Origin: an uncultured Chloroflexia bacterium
GTDB taxonomy: Bacteria > Chloroflexota > Chloroflexia > QHBQ01 > JADMIH01
Direction of reading: 5' to 3'
DNA: 64,000 nt
Assembly: GCA_963797095.1 (NCBI GenBank)
Contig: CAWCNY010000002.1
Span: 608,001 to 672,000 of the forward strand
Shown here: positions 21,175-33,824 of the stretch, piece after piece
Position numbering within the stretch: the first letter of the stretch is position 1
Layout: each line of letters opens with the position of its first letter
Program-made: the position numbers and the translations under genes
The notes under the pieces: generated by a model
Seen by the model: only the letters and a program-made list of their open reading frames with translations
Databases searched by the model: none
Told to the model about the DNA's origin: nothing

Positions 21175-22155
21175 TTATCTTCCTTGAACCAGTTGGATAT
21201 TCCCAACACCCGTTGACACATCGATATTAATAGTAGCCGCCGAAACGCCATAGGCTGCGTTTGTATACGTCTTGCCATTGACCGTCAGGCCGCTTGAGGT
21301 CACATGCCCCAGGCCGCCCTCCGCCGTTACACGCACGCCTGTATCCTGAGGCAGAATTATGGTTACCTGGCCGACACCACCCTTAACCAGTACATCCAGG
21401 TCCTGCGTCCACTGCCCGGTAAGATCGATCGTGGTATTTCCAACGCCGCTGTTCACCTCCAGCCTGCTCAGGTCCAATCCGCCGAACTTCAAATCTCCAT
21501 CCCCTACGCCCACATTCACTCTCATGGTCATAGGCACGTCATTCTTGAAGTACAGGTTCCACTCATATCGGGTACCTGGGCTGGTGCTGATCGTGCCCTG
21601 GTTGGGCTGCCGCACAAGTAGCGTACCCTCGGTGCCCTTCACATCGTATGACAGCACCGGCTTCCACGACTCGATATTGTAAGTGAAGGTGGCGTCCATA
21701 AGTTCGTTCGCGTTGCCCGCCACGTTCAACTTACCTACACCCATATCGATATCGACTACAACCGACTGTGCTTCGCCCAGCGCAATCGACTGTGTCTCGG
21801 TCCTCAAGTCGCCAACTGTCGGGTTGGTCACCTGCCCGACTATGTTCGAGACTACGAGCATCACGGCGATCACGAAGATCAAGCCGAGCACAACTACTGC
21901 TCCCAGTATGGATAGGACCGCGGTCACCGGGCTGATACCCTGTTGTGCGGCGATGGGCTGGCTTGGTAGTTGTTGCTGTGTGTATGGGGTATGCGTGGTC
22001 TCCGGCGGCGGATACAGCGGGTAAGTAGGTGTGCTTAATGGTAGCTGACCGCTAGGTGCGGGCTGCGGTTCCGGCTTTACCCTTGCGGCTTCTTCAGGTG
22101 GTTCGGGCACCTCAACACCCGTGCCGCCAACAGGTCTATTGTTGTTATTCTCCAT
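21175..22155 (-). CDS. Single-TM protein with a toast-rack/DUF2154-like beta-solenoid domain
   Basis: Pro/Gln-rich N-terminus, one TM helix, repeated GVG-x-hydrophobic strands. AGGAGG RBS before ATG 22155. Confidence 0.75.
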   Translation of the reverse strand: MENNNNRPVGGTGVEVPEPPEEAARVKPEPQPAPSGQLPLSTPTYPLYPPPETTHTPYTQQQLPSQPIAAQQGISPVTAVLSILGAVVVLGLIFVIAVMLVVSNIVGQVTNPTVGDLRTETQSIALGEAQSVVVDIDMGVGKLNVAGNANELMDATFTYNIESWKPVLSYDVKGTEGTLLVRQPNQGTISTSPGTRYEWNLYFKNDVPMTMRVNVGVGDGDLKFGGLDLSRLEVNSGVGNTTIDLTGQWTQDLDVLVKGGVGQVTIILPQDTGVRVTAEGGLGHVTSSGLTVNGKTYTNAAYGVSAATINIDVSTGVGNIQLVQGR

Positions 22156-22218
22156 CCTGTCCCTCCTATTTCGAGTTGCAAACCATCCTCCGCCGCTAAG
22201 GCAGAGTCTCACGACTCT

Positions 22219-22272
22219 ACTCTATCTTATGAAGGTGAATACCCTGGTGTATGCCTGGTGACAACGGGTTGC
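22219..22272 (-). promoter_or_regulatory. Phased-box promoter (toast-rack gene)
   Basis: Minus strand GCAACC, GTCACC, TACACC, TTCACC spaced 10-11-12, then N9, TAGAGT. Confidence 0.7.
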
Positions 22273-22292
22273 AGTCTTTCGTGATAAACATC

Positions 22293-22356
22293 GCAACCCT
22301 TTGTCACTGTTCTTTGACCTATCTATACCGTTACCTCTACCTTAGCTTGCTACAGT
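22293..22356 (+). promoter_or_regulatory. Phased-box promoter (vor operon)
   Basis: GCAACC(22293) GTCACT(22303) TTGACC(22314) TATACC(22324) TCTACC(22336), N9, TACAGT(22351). Confidence 0.75.
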
Positions 22357-22432
22357 TACTACAGAGATCATCCCCTATTGAGCCTGATCCCAGTCAGAAT
22401 CGACCGTGGGAGGCGCTACAAGGAGGTAGCTT

Positions 22433-22666
22433 ATGCGAGGAACGATCACCATTGACGAGAACAGGTGTAAAGGGTGCGAGCTTTGTACCACCGTCTGCCC
22501 TAAAGGCATTATCCACATAGCAGACCGGTTTACCCCGCGAGGCTACAAGCCTGCCATTTTAGTAGACCCCAATTTCGTCTGCACAGGCTGCCTGCTCTGC
22601 TCAACCATTTGCCCCGACGCGGCCATTACCGTCTATCGTGAAGGGGGAATTAAACGTAAGGTGTAA
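22433..22666 (+). CDS. 2x[4Fe-4S] ferredoxin, delta subunit of the 2-oxoacid oxidoreductase
   Basis: Motifs CKGCELCTTVCP and CTGCLLCSTICP. AGGAGG RBS. Confidence 0.93.
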   Translation: MRGTITIDENRCKGCELCTTVCPKGIIHIADRFTPRGYKPAILVDPNFVCTGCLLCSTICPDAAITVYREGGIKRKV

Positions 22667-22742
22667 CACGTAGAATCCACCGGGCAATACCGGCGTCTAC
22701 GTCTCACCCCTTACGTTTTGTGTTTTTACGAGGAGTGTCACT

Positions 22743-23807
22743 ATGACTAAAGAACTCTGGAAAGGCAACGAAGCAATCGCAGAGGCCGCCGTGCGCGCAG
22801 GAGTGGAAGCCTACTTTGGCTATCCCATCACCCCCCAGACCGAATTGCTCGAATATCTGGCGCGTCGCATGGTAGAGCTTGGGCGCGTCTTCTTGCAGGC
22901 TGAAAGCGAATTGGCCGCCATCAATATGGTGTACGGCGCGGGCTGCACCGGGGCGCGGGTAATGACCTCGTCCTCAAGCCCCGGCATCTCCCTCATGCAG
23001 GAGGGCCTCTCCTACATCACCGCCTCAGGCGTTCCCTGCGTGCTGGTCGATATGATGCGCGGCGGCCCTGGCCTCGGCAACATCGCCCCGGCCCAGGCTG
23101 ACTATTTCCAGCTTGTCAAGGGCGGCGGCCACGGCGACTACCACCTCATCGTATTCGCTCCCGCCTCGGTTCAGGAAGCCGCCGATCTCACCTATGAGGC
23201 GTTTGATCTTGCCATGAAATACCGCCTTGTAGTGGTCATCGCCGCCGATGGAGCTATCGGCCAGATGATGGAGCCTGTAGAGATGCCCCCCACTCGCGAT
23301 ATCACTAAGCAGGATCAGGGTTGGGAACTGACAGGCGCGATAGGCCGCGAGCGCCGCCTGATCACCTCCATCGGCCTCCAACCCGCCGAGCTGGAGCAAC
23401 TCAACTTCCAGGTGCAGGCCCGCCAGCAGCAGGCGGAGGCCCATGAAGTGCGCTACGAAGAGCGCTGGACCGACGACGCCGACCTGGTGGTAGTGGCGTT
23501 CGGCACCGCCGCGCGGGTGGCGCAATCCGCCGTGCGCGAGGCGCGAGAGCGCGGCCTCCATGTCGGCCTCTTCAGGCCGATCAGCCTGTGGCCCTTCCCA
23601 ACTGAGCCGCTGGCGCGCCTCGCCAGGACCGCCCGGCGCTTCCTCGTAGTCGAAATGAACGCGGGCCAGATGGTCGAAGACGTGCGGCTTGCAGTAGGCT
23701 CCGGCTCTGATGTTTCCTTCCTGGGCAAACTGGGCGGTTTCGTGCCCATGCCGGAGGAGATTTTCCATAAGATCGAACAACTGGAGCTTACGCCCGCCCT
23801 GAGCTAG
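22743..23807 (+). CDS. vorB: 2-oxoisovalerate:ferredoxin oxidoreductase alpha-type subunit (VorB family)
   Basis: Motifs [41 protein letters not shown] and VEMNAGQM. Confidence 0.88.
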   Translation: MTKELWKGNEAIAEAAVRAGVEAYFGYPITPQTELLEYLARRMVELGRVFLQAESELAAINMVYGAGCTGARVMTSSSSPGISLMQEGLSYITASGVPCVLVDMMRGGPGLGNIAPAQADYFQLVKGGGHGDYHLIVFAPASVQEAADLTYEAFDLAMKYRLVVVIAADGAIGQMMEPVEMPPTRDITKQDQGWELTGAIGRERRLITSIGLQPAELEQLNFQVQARQQQAEAHEVRYEERWTDDADLVVVAFGTAARVAQSAVREARERGLHVGLFRPISLWPFPTEPLARLARTARRFLVVEMNAGQMVEDVRLAVGSGSDVSFLGKLGGFVPMPEEIFHKIEQLELTPALS

Positions 23808-23831
23808 AGGGAGATCAAAGGAGATATAACT

Positions 23832-24605
23832 ATGCTTAAAGACACTTTACCCATCGTCTATGCCAGGCCATCTACCTTCACGCCCGCCATCACCCACTAT
23901 TGCCCGGGCTGCTCCCACGGCGTGATCCATCGCCTCGTTGCCGAGGTGATCGAAGAGCTCGGCATACGCGAGAAGACCATTGGCGTGGCCTCCGTCGGTT
24001 GCTCGGTCTTCGCCTACAACTATTTTGATTGCGATTTCGCCGAGGCCGCCCACGGTCGCGCCCCCGCGATGGCGACCGGCGTAAAGCGCACCCACCCCGA
24101 CCGTGTAGTCTTCACCTACCAGGGCGACGGCGACCTCGCCTCCATCGGCACTACCGAGATCGTTCACGCCGCAGCGCGTGGTGAAAACATCACCGTAATC
24201 TTCGTCAACAATGCCGTCTACGGCATGACCGGCGGCCAGATGGCTCCTACCTCTCTGCCCGATATGAAGACTACATCCTCCCCCTTCGGGCGTGACGTGC
24301 ACACGATGGGCTTTCCCATCAGGATGTCCGAGATGCTCGCCCTCCTCGATGGTGCCGCCTACGTGGTGCGTCGCTCTGCCCACGACCCCGGCAATATCAA
24401 CAAAGCCCGAAAGGCCATCAAGACTGCCTTTCAGGCCCAGCTCAACGGCCTCGGCTTCTCGATGGTAGAGATCCTCTCGGCCTGCCCGGTAAACTGGAAC
24501 CTCACCCCGATCGAGGCCGTGCGCTACGTTGAGGAAAAGATGGTCCCCTACTATCCTCTGGGCGACTACAAAGTAGCGGATACAGTCAAGAACATGGGAC
24601 TTTGA
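23832..24605 (+). CDS. 2-oxoacid:ferredoxin oxidoreductase beta (TPP-binding) subunit
   Basis: Motifs [20 protein letters not shown]...NN..YGMTGGQ and CPVNW. Confidence 0.92.
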   Translation: MLKDTLPIVYARPSTFTPAITHYCPGCSHGVIHRLVAEVIEELGIREKTIGVASVGCSVFAYNYFDCDFAEAAHGRAPAMATGVKRTHPDRVVFTYQGDGDLASIGTTEIVHAAARGENITVIFVNNAVYGMTGGQMAPTSLPDMKTTSSPFGRDVHTMGFPIRMSEMLALLDGAAYVVRRSAHDPGNINKARKAIKTAFQAQLNGLGFSMVEILSACPVNWNLTPIEAVRYVEEKMVPYYPLGDYKVADTVKNMGL

Positions 24606-24619
24606 AGAAGGAGAGAACC

Positions 24620-25174
24620 ATGCACGAAGAGATCATCATCTCCGGCTTTGGCGGCCAGGGCGTGCTATTTGCCGGACAATTACTTGCCTACTCAGGGGTG
24701 GCCGATGGCTTGCACGTCACCTGGATACCCTCCTACGGCCCTGAGATGCGCGGTGGTACCGCCCACTGCGAGGTAGTGATCTCCTCCGAGGAGATAGGCT
24801 CACCTCTCACCGACCACCCAACTGCTGCAATTGTGCTCAATACACCCTCGATGGAAAAATACGAGCCGATGATCAAGCCAGGCGGCGTGCTCCTCCTCGA
24901 TTCATCCCTTATCTCACGTCGCACAACCCGCCACGACATCCGCGAGATCGCCATCCCTGCCAAAGAGATCGCGGCCAGCCTCGGCCTGCCCCAGGCCGCC
25001 AACATGATCATGGTGGGCGCCCTCGCCGCCGTCACAGGCATAATCCACATAGAGACAATCGAAGGTGTTCTCCAGCAAAAACTGGGCAAGCGCCACGCCG
25101 ACACCCTCGAAGCTAACAAGCACGCCCTACGCTGCGGCGTGGTAAGCGCCCACGAAGCCCCGGTACCGGCGTAA
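24620..25174 (+). CDS. 2-oxoacid:ferredoxin oxidoreductase gamma subunit
   Basis: Motifs ISGFGGQG and PSYGPEMRGGTA. Confidence 0.92.
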   Translation: MHEEIIISGFGGQGVLFAGQLLAYSGVADGLHVTWIPSYGPEMRGGTAHCEVVISSEEIGSPLTDHPTAAIVLNTPSMEKYEPMIKPGGVLLLDSSLISRRTTRHDIREIAIPAKEIAASLGLPQAANMIMVGALAAVTGIIHIETIEGVLQQKLGKRHADTLEANKHALRCGVVSAHEAPVPA

Positions 25175-25177
25175 AAA

Positions 25178-25300
25178 GTGACGAGTGACGAGTGACGAGT
25201 AACAACGCAATACGCAATACGCAATACGCAATACGCAATACGCAATACGCAATAGCCACTCTCCACTCTCCACTCTCCACTCTCCACTCTCCACTCTCCA
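25178..25300. repeat. Composite heptamer array (GTGACGA)x3, GTAACAA, (CGCAATA)x7, (CCACTCT)x6
   Basis: Counted directly. Fills the junction between the gamma subunit and the aminotransferase. Confidence 0.95.
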
Positions 25301-25315
25301 GAAGGGACAACCATC

Positions 25316-26569
25316 ATGCATACACTATGGAATCAGCGCTTCGCGCAGCGCACTCAAAGGATGTCCGGCTCGATCATACGTGAGCTTCTCAAATTGACCG
25401 AACAGGATGGCATAATCTCGTTCGCGGGTGGACTTCCTGCCCCCGAAGTATTTCCGGTAGACGAGGTGGAAGCTGCCGTCACAAGGGTCTTGACAGACCA
25501 CGGACCCCAGGCTCTGCAATACAGCACTACCGAAGGCTACCATCCCCTGCGCGACCTGCTTGCTAGCCACACCGCCCGCTATGGCATCCACATCACCGCC
25601 GAAAACGTCCTCATTACATCAGGCTCGCAGCAGGCACTCGACCTCCTCGGCAAAGTCTTCATCAACCGAGGAGATCGAATATTGGTGGAGGCCCCCACCT
25701 ATCTAGGAGCCTTGCAGGCCTGGAACTCCTACGGAGCCGAGTATGTGCCTGTGCCTGCAGATGAGGATGGCATGAACACCGGCGGGCTTGAAGCGGCCTT
25801 GCGCGTCGGACCTAAGTTCATCTATGTCTTGCCCAACTTCCAGAACCCCACTGGTGTCACTCTAAGCCTGGAGCGCCGCCGCAAACTCGTTGCGCTGGCC
25901 GACCACTACGGCGTCCCCATCATCGAAGACGACCCCTATGGGCAGCTACGCTATGAAGGCAAGCACCTCCCTCCCGTCGCGGTTCTTGATGAACAGAGCT
26001 GGCATCGTGGCGAATACTCTTATTCCGGCAACGTGATCTATCTGAGTACCTTCTCAAAGACATTGGCCCCTGGCCTCCGGTTAGGTTGGGTGGTGGCCGC
26101 TCCTGAGGTGATCGCCAAAATGGCCCAGGCCAAGCAAGGTGCTGACCTTCACACATCCACCTTCACCCAGATGGTGGCCTATGAGGTCGCCAAGAACGGC
26201 TTCATCGACCATCATGTGCAACTGATCCGCAAGGTCTACAGCGAGCGCCGTGATATCATGCTTGAGGCCATGCAGGCCCACTTCCCCGAAGGCGTGCGTT
26301 GGACGCACCCGGATGGCGGCCTCTTCCTCTGGGTCACCCTTCCTGAATCGCTCGATGCCGCCGAATTACTCAAGAAAGCCATAAAGCAGAGGGTGGCTTT
26401 CGTGCCTGGCGCTCCTTTCTTCCCCTGTGGAGGTGGGCATAACACCATGCGCCTCAACTTCTCCAACGCCTCCCCCGACGCCATCCGGGCCGGGATCGCC
26501 AGGCTGGGAGATGTGCTGAAGGCAGAATTGGCAGCTCCCACAATGGAATATAGCCTGGCGATACCCTGA
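25316..26569 (+). CDS. PLP-dependent aminotransferase (LysN/ARO8-like, fold I)
   Basis: Motifs SFAGGLP, NFQNPTG, EDDPYG and STFSKTLAPGLRLG. Confidence 0.93.
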   Translation: MHTLWNQRFAQRTQRMSGSIIRELLKLTEQDGIISFAGGLPAPEVFPVDEVEAAVTRVLTDHGPQALQYSTTEGYHPLRDLLASHTARYGIHITAENVLITSGSQQALDLLGKVFINRGDRILVEAPTYLGALQAWNSYGAEYVPVPADEDGMNTGGLEAALRVGPKFIYVLPNFQNPTGVTLSLERRRKLVALADHYGVPIIEDDPYGQLRYEGKHLPPVAVLDEQSWHRGEYSYSGNVIYLSTFSKTLAPGLRLGWVVAAPEVIAKMAQAKQGADLHTSTFTQMVAYEVAKNGFIDHHVQLIRKVYSERRDIMLEAMQAHFPEGVRWTHPDGGLFLWVTLPESLDAAELLKKAIKQRVAFVPGAPFFPCGGGHNTMRLNFSNASPDAIRAGIARLGDVLKAELAAPTMEYSLAIP

Positions 26570-26588
26570 TTATCCTCTGCACAGGCTT

Positions 26589-26636
26589 CAAAAGCGGGCT
26601 AGGCCTCGATTTGTTCACCTCTAAGCCCGCTTTTGG
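26589..26636 (+). terminator. Possible terminator hairpin after the aminotransferase
   Basis: CAAAAGCGGGCT...AGCCCGCTTTTG with a long loop. Confidence 0.5.
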
Positions 26637-26654
26637 ATTTGATGTGGTCTGATT

Positions 26655-26708
26655 TTCACCAGCTATTTACCGGATTTCACGGTCTCCTCCACCCTACGGT
26701 GCTAAAGT
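26655..26708 (+). promoter_or_regulatory. Phased-box promoter (nifJ)
   Basis: TTCACC(26655) TTTACC(26666) TTCACG(26676) TCCACC(26688), N9, TAAAGT(26703). Confidence 0.8.
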
Positions 26709-26782
26709 TAGCATTGTAGGGCAATTTAGCCATGTCTATGCCATGAGAAGAAGAGAGTCAGTCGCCAGAAGTCAGCCATTAT

Positions 26783-26857
26783 CAACCAGGAACCAGGAAC
26801 CAAGAACATTCCGACTACCGACTACCGACTACCGACTACCGACTACCGACTACCGAC
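26783..26857. repeat. Heptamer arrays (AACCARG)x3 and (CCGACTA)x6.7
   Basis: Read directly in the nifJ leader. Confidence 0.92.
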
Positions 26858-26879
26858 CCAAGAAACGACAGGAACCACT

Positions 26880-30554
<3,675 letters not shown>

Positions 30555-30572
<18 letters not shown>

Positions 30573-30649
30573 CGAGTAACGAGTAACGAGTGACGAGTAA
30601 GCAGTACGCAATACGCAGTACGCAATACGCAGTACGCAATACGCAGTAC
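30555..30649. repeat. Composite heptamer array (GTRACGA)x6, then alternating GCAGTAC/GCAATAC x7
   Basis: Counted directly. Supplies the last codons and the stop of nifJ. Confidence 0.95.
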
Positions 30650-30671
30650 GTCACGCTCCAGGAGACAACAT

Positions 30672-31676
30672 ATGGAACTCACCACCGAATATATGGGCAT
30701 GAAATTGCGCACACCCCTTGTGCCCTCCGCCTCCCCCCTTTCCGAGGACGTGGACAACATCAAAAGTATGGAGGACGCGGGCGCTGCCGCAGTAGTGTTG
30801 CATTCGCTATTCGAGGAGCAAATCGAGCAGGAGCGCCACGATCTGAACTTCCACATGACCGCCAACACCTACAGCTTCCCCGAAGCCCTCACCTTCTTCC
30901 CTGAGCCTTCCCACTTCCATGTAGGGCCTGAGGAGTACCTTGACCACATCCGCAAGGCAAAAGAGTCCGTTGACATCCCCGTAATCGCCAGCCTGAACGG
31001 ATCTTCTCTCGGCGGGTGGATCGACTATGCCATAGACATCGAGCAGGCAGGCGCCGATGCGCTTGAGTTGAACATTTTCTACGTTCCTACCGACATCGAC
31101 ATGATCTCGGCACAAGTAGAGCAGACCTACATCGACATACTCGAGGTCGTCAAAGAGCGAGTGCGCATCCCTGTTGCCGTAAAGCTGGGACCGTACTTCA
31201 GTAATCTGGCTCACATGGCTCGGCGACTGGACACCGCCGGAGCCGATGCGCTGGTGCTTTTCAATCGCTTCTACCAGCCTGATATAGACCTCAAGCACCT
31301 TGAGGTGCGCCCTCACATCCTCCTGAGCACTCCCCAGGCTTTGCGCCTCCCCCTGCGATGGGTCGCTATGCTGTACGGGCGCGTGCGGGCAGACCTGGCA
31401 GCTTCGGGTGGTATCCACACCGGCCTCGACGCCATCAAGATGATCATGGCCGGGGCCAATATCACCATGCTATGCTCGGTCCTCTTGAAGCGTGGCATCG
31501 AACAGATCGGAGTGATCGAGCGCGAAATGCTCGATTGGATGGAGCAGTACGAATACGAGTCGCTACGAGAGATGCACGCCAGCATGAGCCAGCGCAACAG
31601 CCCCGACCCCGCAGCCTTCGAGCGCGCCCAGTACGTGCGCGCCCTCCAGGACTTCAGGCGTCCTGTACACAGATAA
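30672..31676 (+). CDS. Dihydroorotate dehydrogenase-like FMN protein, copy 2 (downstream of nifJ)
   Basis: Motifs LTTEYMGMKLRTPLVPSASPLS, LFNRFYQPDI and AFERAQY. Clear paralogue of 20023-21030. Confidence 0.92.
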   Translation: MELTTEYMGMKLRTPLVPSASPLSEDVDNIKSMEDAGAAAVVLHSLFEEQIEQERHDLNFHMTANTYSFPEALTFFPEPSHFHVGPEEYLDHIRKAKESVDIPVIASLNGSSLGGWIDYAIDIEQAGADALELNIFYVPTDIDMISAQVEQTYIDILEVVKERVRIPVAVKLGPYFSNLAHMARRLDTAGADALVLFNRFYQPDIDLKHLEVRPHILLSTPQALRLPLRWVAMLYGRVRADLAASGGIHTGLDAIKMIMAGANITMLCSVLLKRGIEQIGVIEREMLDWMEQYEYESLREMHASMSQRNSPDPAAFERAQYVRALQDFRRPVHR

Positions 31677-31736
31677 CTCAGGAACAAACGTGAGACACCC
31701 CGAGCTTTAGATGCAGGTTCGCAAACATGCATTCTG

Positions 31737-31791
31737 GTTCTAAAAAGAGCGGAAATGGCGGCGAAGCCGCCATTTCCGCTCTTTTTAGAAC
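31737..31791. terminator. Bidirectional terminator-like perfect hairpin between convergent operons
   Basis: 26-bp perfect inverted repeat GTTCTAAAAAGAGCGGAAATGGCGGC with a GAA loop and A/T runs on both arms. Confidence 0.8.
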
Positions 31792-31904
31792 GCCCCTCCC
31801 CAAAAATTGGGGGTTGGGGTGGGGCCTTGGAGTACCCCGCTGCTTTAGTACACCCGAATTTGGAATTCGGGATGCTTCATGTTTGTTCAATAGGTGCCTC
31901 TACC

Positions 31905-33749
31905 TTACCTGGCGCGTAGCGCATTCAATATCACCACCACATCAAGTGCCTCCTGGCACAGCGCGCCAACAGGCGCGGGTATCAAGCCGAAGCTTGCGAT
32001 AAGCATCAGCACCAGGCTCACACCTATCCCCACCCCGATGCTTTGTAGCACGATCTTGCGCGTATGCTGCCCGATAGCCACGATCTCCCCCACTTTACTC
32101 ACATCGTCCACAAGCAGCACAATATCCGCCGCTTCTGCCGATATGCCCGTACCATGCGCCCCCATTGCCACCCCCACAGTCGCCGAGGCCAGCGCGGGCG
32201 CGTCATTGATACCGTCGCCCACCATCACCAGCGGCTCATACCTGGCCTGCAACCTCCGGAGCGCCGCCACCTTCTCTTCGGGCAGCAATTCCGCCTCGAT
32301 CTCTTGCACACCGGCCATCTTCGCCACCCTCTGCGCGTTGTCAAGCCTATCACCCGTCAGCATCACCGTATGCCGCACACCCAACCTGTCAAGCCGCTCC
32401 ATAAGTTGCGGCACGCCCGGCCTCAATTGATCATCGAACGTCACCACGCCTACCAGCTTATGGTCCACAGCCACCATCGCGCTAAGCTCGTTGTTGCACG
32501 GAACGCAGCCGGTTGCTTTGGGATCGCCATCTTTCAGGAACTCGCTCAGAAATCGCGGCGAGCCAACCACCACCTCATGACCGTCGAGATGGCCCACTAC
32601 GCCTTTGCCTGAAACTTCGGTGACTTGCCTGGGCATAGATAGCGCCAAGCCCCGCGATTTCGCCCCATTGGTGATGGCCTGCCCCAGTACATGCGACGAT
32701 AGCTGCTCCACGCTTGCTGCCGCCAGCAGCACCTGGTTAGGGCCAATGCTATTCAGCGCGACTACCTCCGACATAACCGGGCTGCCAAGCGTAAGCGTGC
32801 CCGTCTTGTCGAACACTATCGCCTGCGCTCTCCCTATCTGCTCTATGGCCTTACCCCCCTTGACGATGATCCCTGCATGCGCGGCCCGGTTGATCCCGCT
32901 AATAATAGCGATGGGCGCGGCCAGGATCAGTGGGCATGGGGTGGCGACCACCAGCACAGCCAGTATTGTCCTCGGGTCTCCTGTAACCGCCCACCCGAAC
33001 CCGCATATGATCAGTGTAAGGGGTGTGAACCACACGGCGAACCGGTCGGCCAGCCGCACGATAGGCGCTTTATCCTCCTGGGCTTGCCGCACCAGCGCCA
33101 CTATCCTGGCATACTGGCTCTCCTCGCTCACCGCCGTGGCGCGCATCTCAAACGCGCCGCCGCCGTTTACGCTTCCGCTCAGCAACCTGTCGCCCATCTT
33201 CCTGGGGCGCGCAAGTGGCTCGCCTGTCACCGCCGATTCGTCTATCTCAGCTTCCTCACTCAGCAAGGTGCCGTCTACCGGGATCAGCTCGCCGAGGCGC
33301 ACCACAAGGAGATCGTCGATTCGCACTTCCTCAACGGCGATCTCCTCAAGGTGATCATCTATTTTGCGCCTGGCTCTGCGCGGGGCGCGGGCGATCAGTA
33401 TCTCAAGCGATGATGATGCCCGCCGGAAGCCGTAATTCTCCAGGGCTTCTCCGCCCGACTGCATCAGCGTGACCAGCAACCCCGCGAATGGCTCGACCAT
33501 CACGACTGCGGTGACTATTGCAAGCATAGCCACAACATCGGATGCGAACTCTCCTCGCAGCATCCCGCGCACTGTGCGCCACACCAGCGGAGCGCCTCCC
33601 AGGATGAGCGTGCCTGTCCACACCCAATTCCCGGCCTCCGGCAAACTCAACAACCATGTCAGGATTGAACCGCCTGCCAGTCCAAGTAAGGCCACGAAGG
33701 GCACAGGGTTCGCTTTCAGGAAATGCCAGGTTTGCTCGCTACTCGTCAC
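31905..33749 (-). CDS. Heavy-metal P1B-type ATPase with P1B-5-like signature
   Basis: Motifs TGE, ATPCP, DKTGT, GDGIND and QEALD. The GTG start lies inside a tandem repeat. Confidence 0.9.
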   Translation of the reverse strand: MTSSEQTWHFLKANPVPFVALLGLAGGSILTWLLSLPEAGNWVWTGTLILGGAPLVWRTVRGMLRGEFASDVVAMLAIVTAVVMVEPFAGLLVTLMQSGGEALENYGFRRASSSLEILIARAPRRARRKIDDHLEEIAVEEVRIDDLLVVRLGELIPVDGTLLSEEAEIDESAVTGEPLARPRKMGDRLLSGSVNGGGAFEMRATAVSEESQYARIVALVRQAQEDKAPIVRLADRFAVWFTPLTLIICGFGWAVTGDPRTILAVLVVATPCPLILAAPIAIISGINRAAHAGIIVKGGKAIEQIGRAQAIVFDKTGTLTLGSPVMSEVVALNSIGPNQVLLAAASVEQLSSHVLGQAITNGAKSRGLALSMPRQVTEVSGKGVVGHLDGHEVVVGSPRFLSEFLKDGDPKATGCVPCNNELSAMVAVDHKLVGVVTFDDQLRPGVPQLMERLDRLGVRHTVMLTGDRLDNAQRVAKMAGVQEIEAELLPEEKVAALRRLQARYEPLVMVGDGINDAPALASATVGVAMGAHGTGISAEAADIVLLVDDVSKVGEIVAIGQHTRKIVLQSIGVGIGVSLVLMLIASFGLIPAPVGALCQEALDVVVILNALRAR

Positions 33750-33817
33750 TCGTCACTCGTCACTCGTCACTCGTCACTCGTCACTCGTCACTCGTCACTC
33801 GTCACTCGTCACTCGTC
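33741..33817. repeat. Perfect heptamer array (ACTCGTC)x11
   Basis: 77 bp, counted directly. Confidence 0.97.
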
Positions 33818-33824
33818 ATGCACT

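Noticed and set aside
25113-25383. Short ORFs with repetitive VESGEWR, AYCVLRI or LVTRHSS peptides (also near 12.5, 14.2, 30.6 and 33.8 kb)
   Set aside because: They are translations of the heptamer arrays, not genes.
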